Source: Candidatus Dormiibacterota bacterium
GTDB lineage: Bacteria > Chloroflexota > Dormibacteria > CF-121
Assembly (NCBI GenBank): GCA_035936995.1
Contig: DASYVR010000053.1
Coordinates: 18,018 to 82,017, forward strand
Length of the DNA stretch: 64,000 bases
Direction: 5' to 3'
Shown here piece by piece: positions 63,658-64,000 of this stretch (position 1 is its first letter; each line of letters starts with the position of its first letter). The notes beneath the pieces are model-generated. The model saw only the letters and a program-made list of their open reading frames with translations, did no database searches and had not been told where the DNA came from. Made by a program: the position numbers and the translations under genes.

Positions 63658-64000
63658 GTGGCCCAACGCCTCGAGCAGCGACATGCGGACGATGAGGAGG
63701 ACGACTATCGGGCGCAGGTCGCGCGCTACCCTCGCTTGTCCAGCCAGGAAGAGCGCCGGCTCCTTTCGACGCAAGGAGCCGACCGCGATGCGGCCAACCG
63801 CATCCTGATCGAGCACAACCTCTACCTGGTGCTGGAGGCCGCCCTTGCCCGCGAGGACCGCGGGGTGCCGGTTGGCGACCTCTTCCAGGAAGGCACGGTG
63901 GGCCTGATCTCGGCGGTCGAGCACTACAAGCTGGCCCATGGGGCCTTCCATGCCCGCCTGGTTCACGTCATCAACATCACCATGGACGATGTCCTCGACC
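63658..64000 (+). CDS. sigma-70 family RNA polymerase sigma factor (5' part; continues beyond window)
   Basis: Hand translation from GTG 63658: VAQRLEQRHADDEEDDYRAQVARYPRLSQEEERRLL...ILIEHNLYLVLEAALAREDRGVPVGDLFQEGTVGLISAVEHYK... (region 1.2/2 pattern). Not in the ORF track because there is no stop in the window. Confidence 0.8.
   Translation, partial: MAQRLEQRHADDEEDDYRAQVARYPRLSSQEERRLLSTQGADRDAANRILIEHNLYLVLEAALAREDRGVPVGDLFQEGTVGLISAVEHYKLAHGAFHARLVHVINITMDDVLD

Overview
Strongly GC-rich bacterial chromosomal segment (third codon positions are almost all G/C, so long antisense shadow ORFs are common). It is densely packed with about 65 protein genes on both strands and spans the replication-origin neighbourhood. 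rpmH-rnpA-yidD-yidC-jag (+) diverges from dnaA-dnaN-recF-dciA(DUF721) (-), and parAB, rsmG, ndk and lepB lie nearby. The rest is housekeeping and envelope genes: dxs, trxB, a cysteine desulfurase, murE, folP-folK, several GT4/GT28/GT39-like glycosyltransferases, two FemAB-family genes with a PAS-kinase/response-regulator pair, a TetR-MMPL-MFS block, an NfeD-SPFH-CPBP block, and a conserved MoxR AAA+ cluster with DUF58, DUF4350, DUF4129, RDD and SpoIIM-like genes. I found no rRNA, tRNA or CRISPR array. The only mobile element is a 996-bp IS481-family copy with a frameshifted transposase and a 6-bp ACTAGA target duplication, inserted exactly between two abutting convergent stop codons. The most interesting observations are these. 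(1) An AhpD/CMD-family gene is split by an in-frame TGA exactly at the second Cys of its CxxC redox motif, with a SECIS-like hairpin 20 nt downstream, making it a candidate selenoprotein. It sits in a redox-looking locus: divergent trxB, an ECF sigma factor translationally coupled to a Rieske-domain membrane protein, a lipoprotein, then the AhpD-like gene. (2) A TANNNT -10-like hexamer lies 6-8 nt upstream of the start codon at 14 genes, implying leaderless mRNAs; this signal helped re-assign several starts. (3) An orphan RnfD/NqrB-like membrane protein sits beside a lipoprotein carrying an SGAT motif. (4) DciA is translationally coupled to a UvrD-type helicase fused to a Cas4/AddB-like Fe-S nuclease, at the position where gyrB often sits. 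(5) A K+ channel/RCK gene has a GYE instead of GYG filter and no canonical start codon upstream of TM1. The lineage looks like high-GC Terrabacteria (Actinomycetota-, Chloroflexota- or Dormibacterota-like) but cannot be fixed from this window. All calls come from reading the sequence and the ORF track by eye. No database search was run, start codons are best guesses, and family names are recognised from motifs only.
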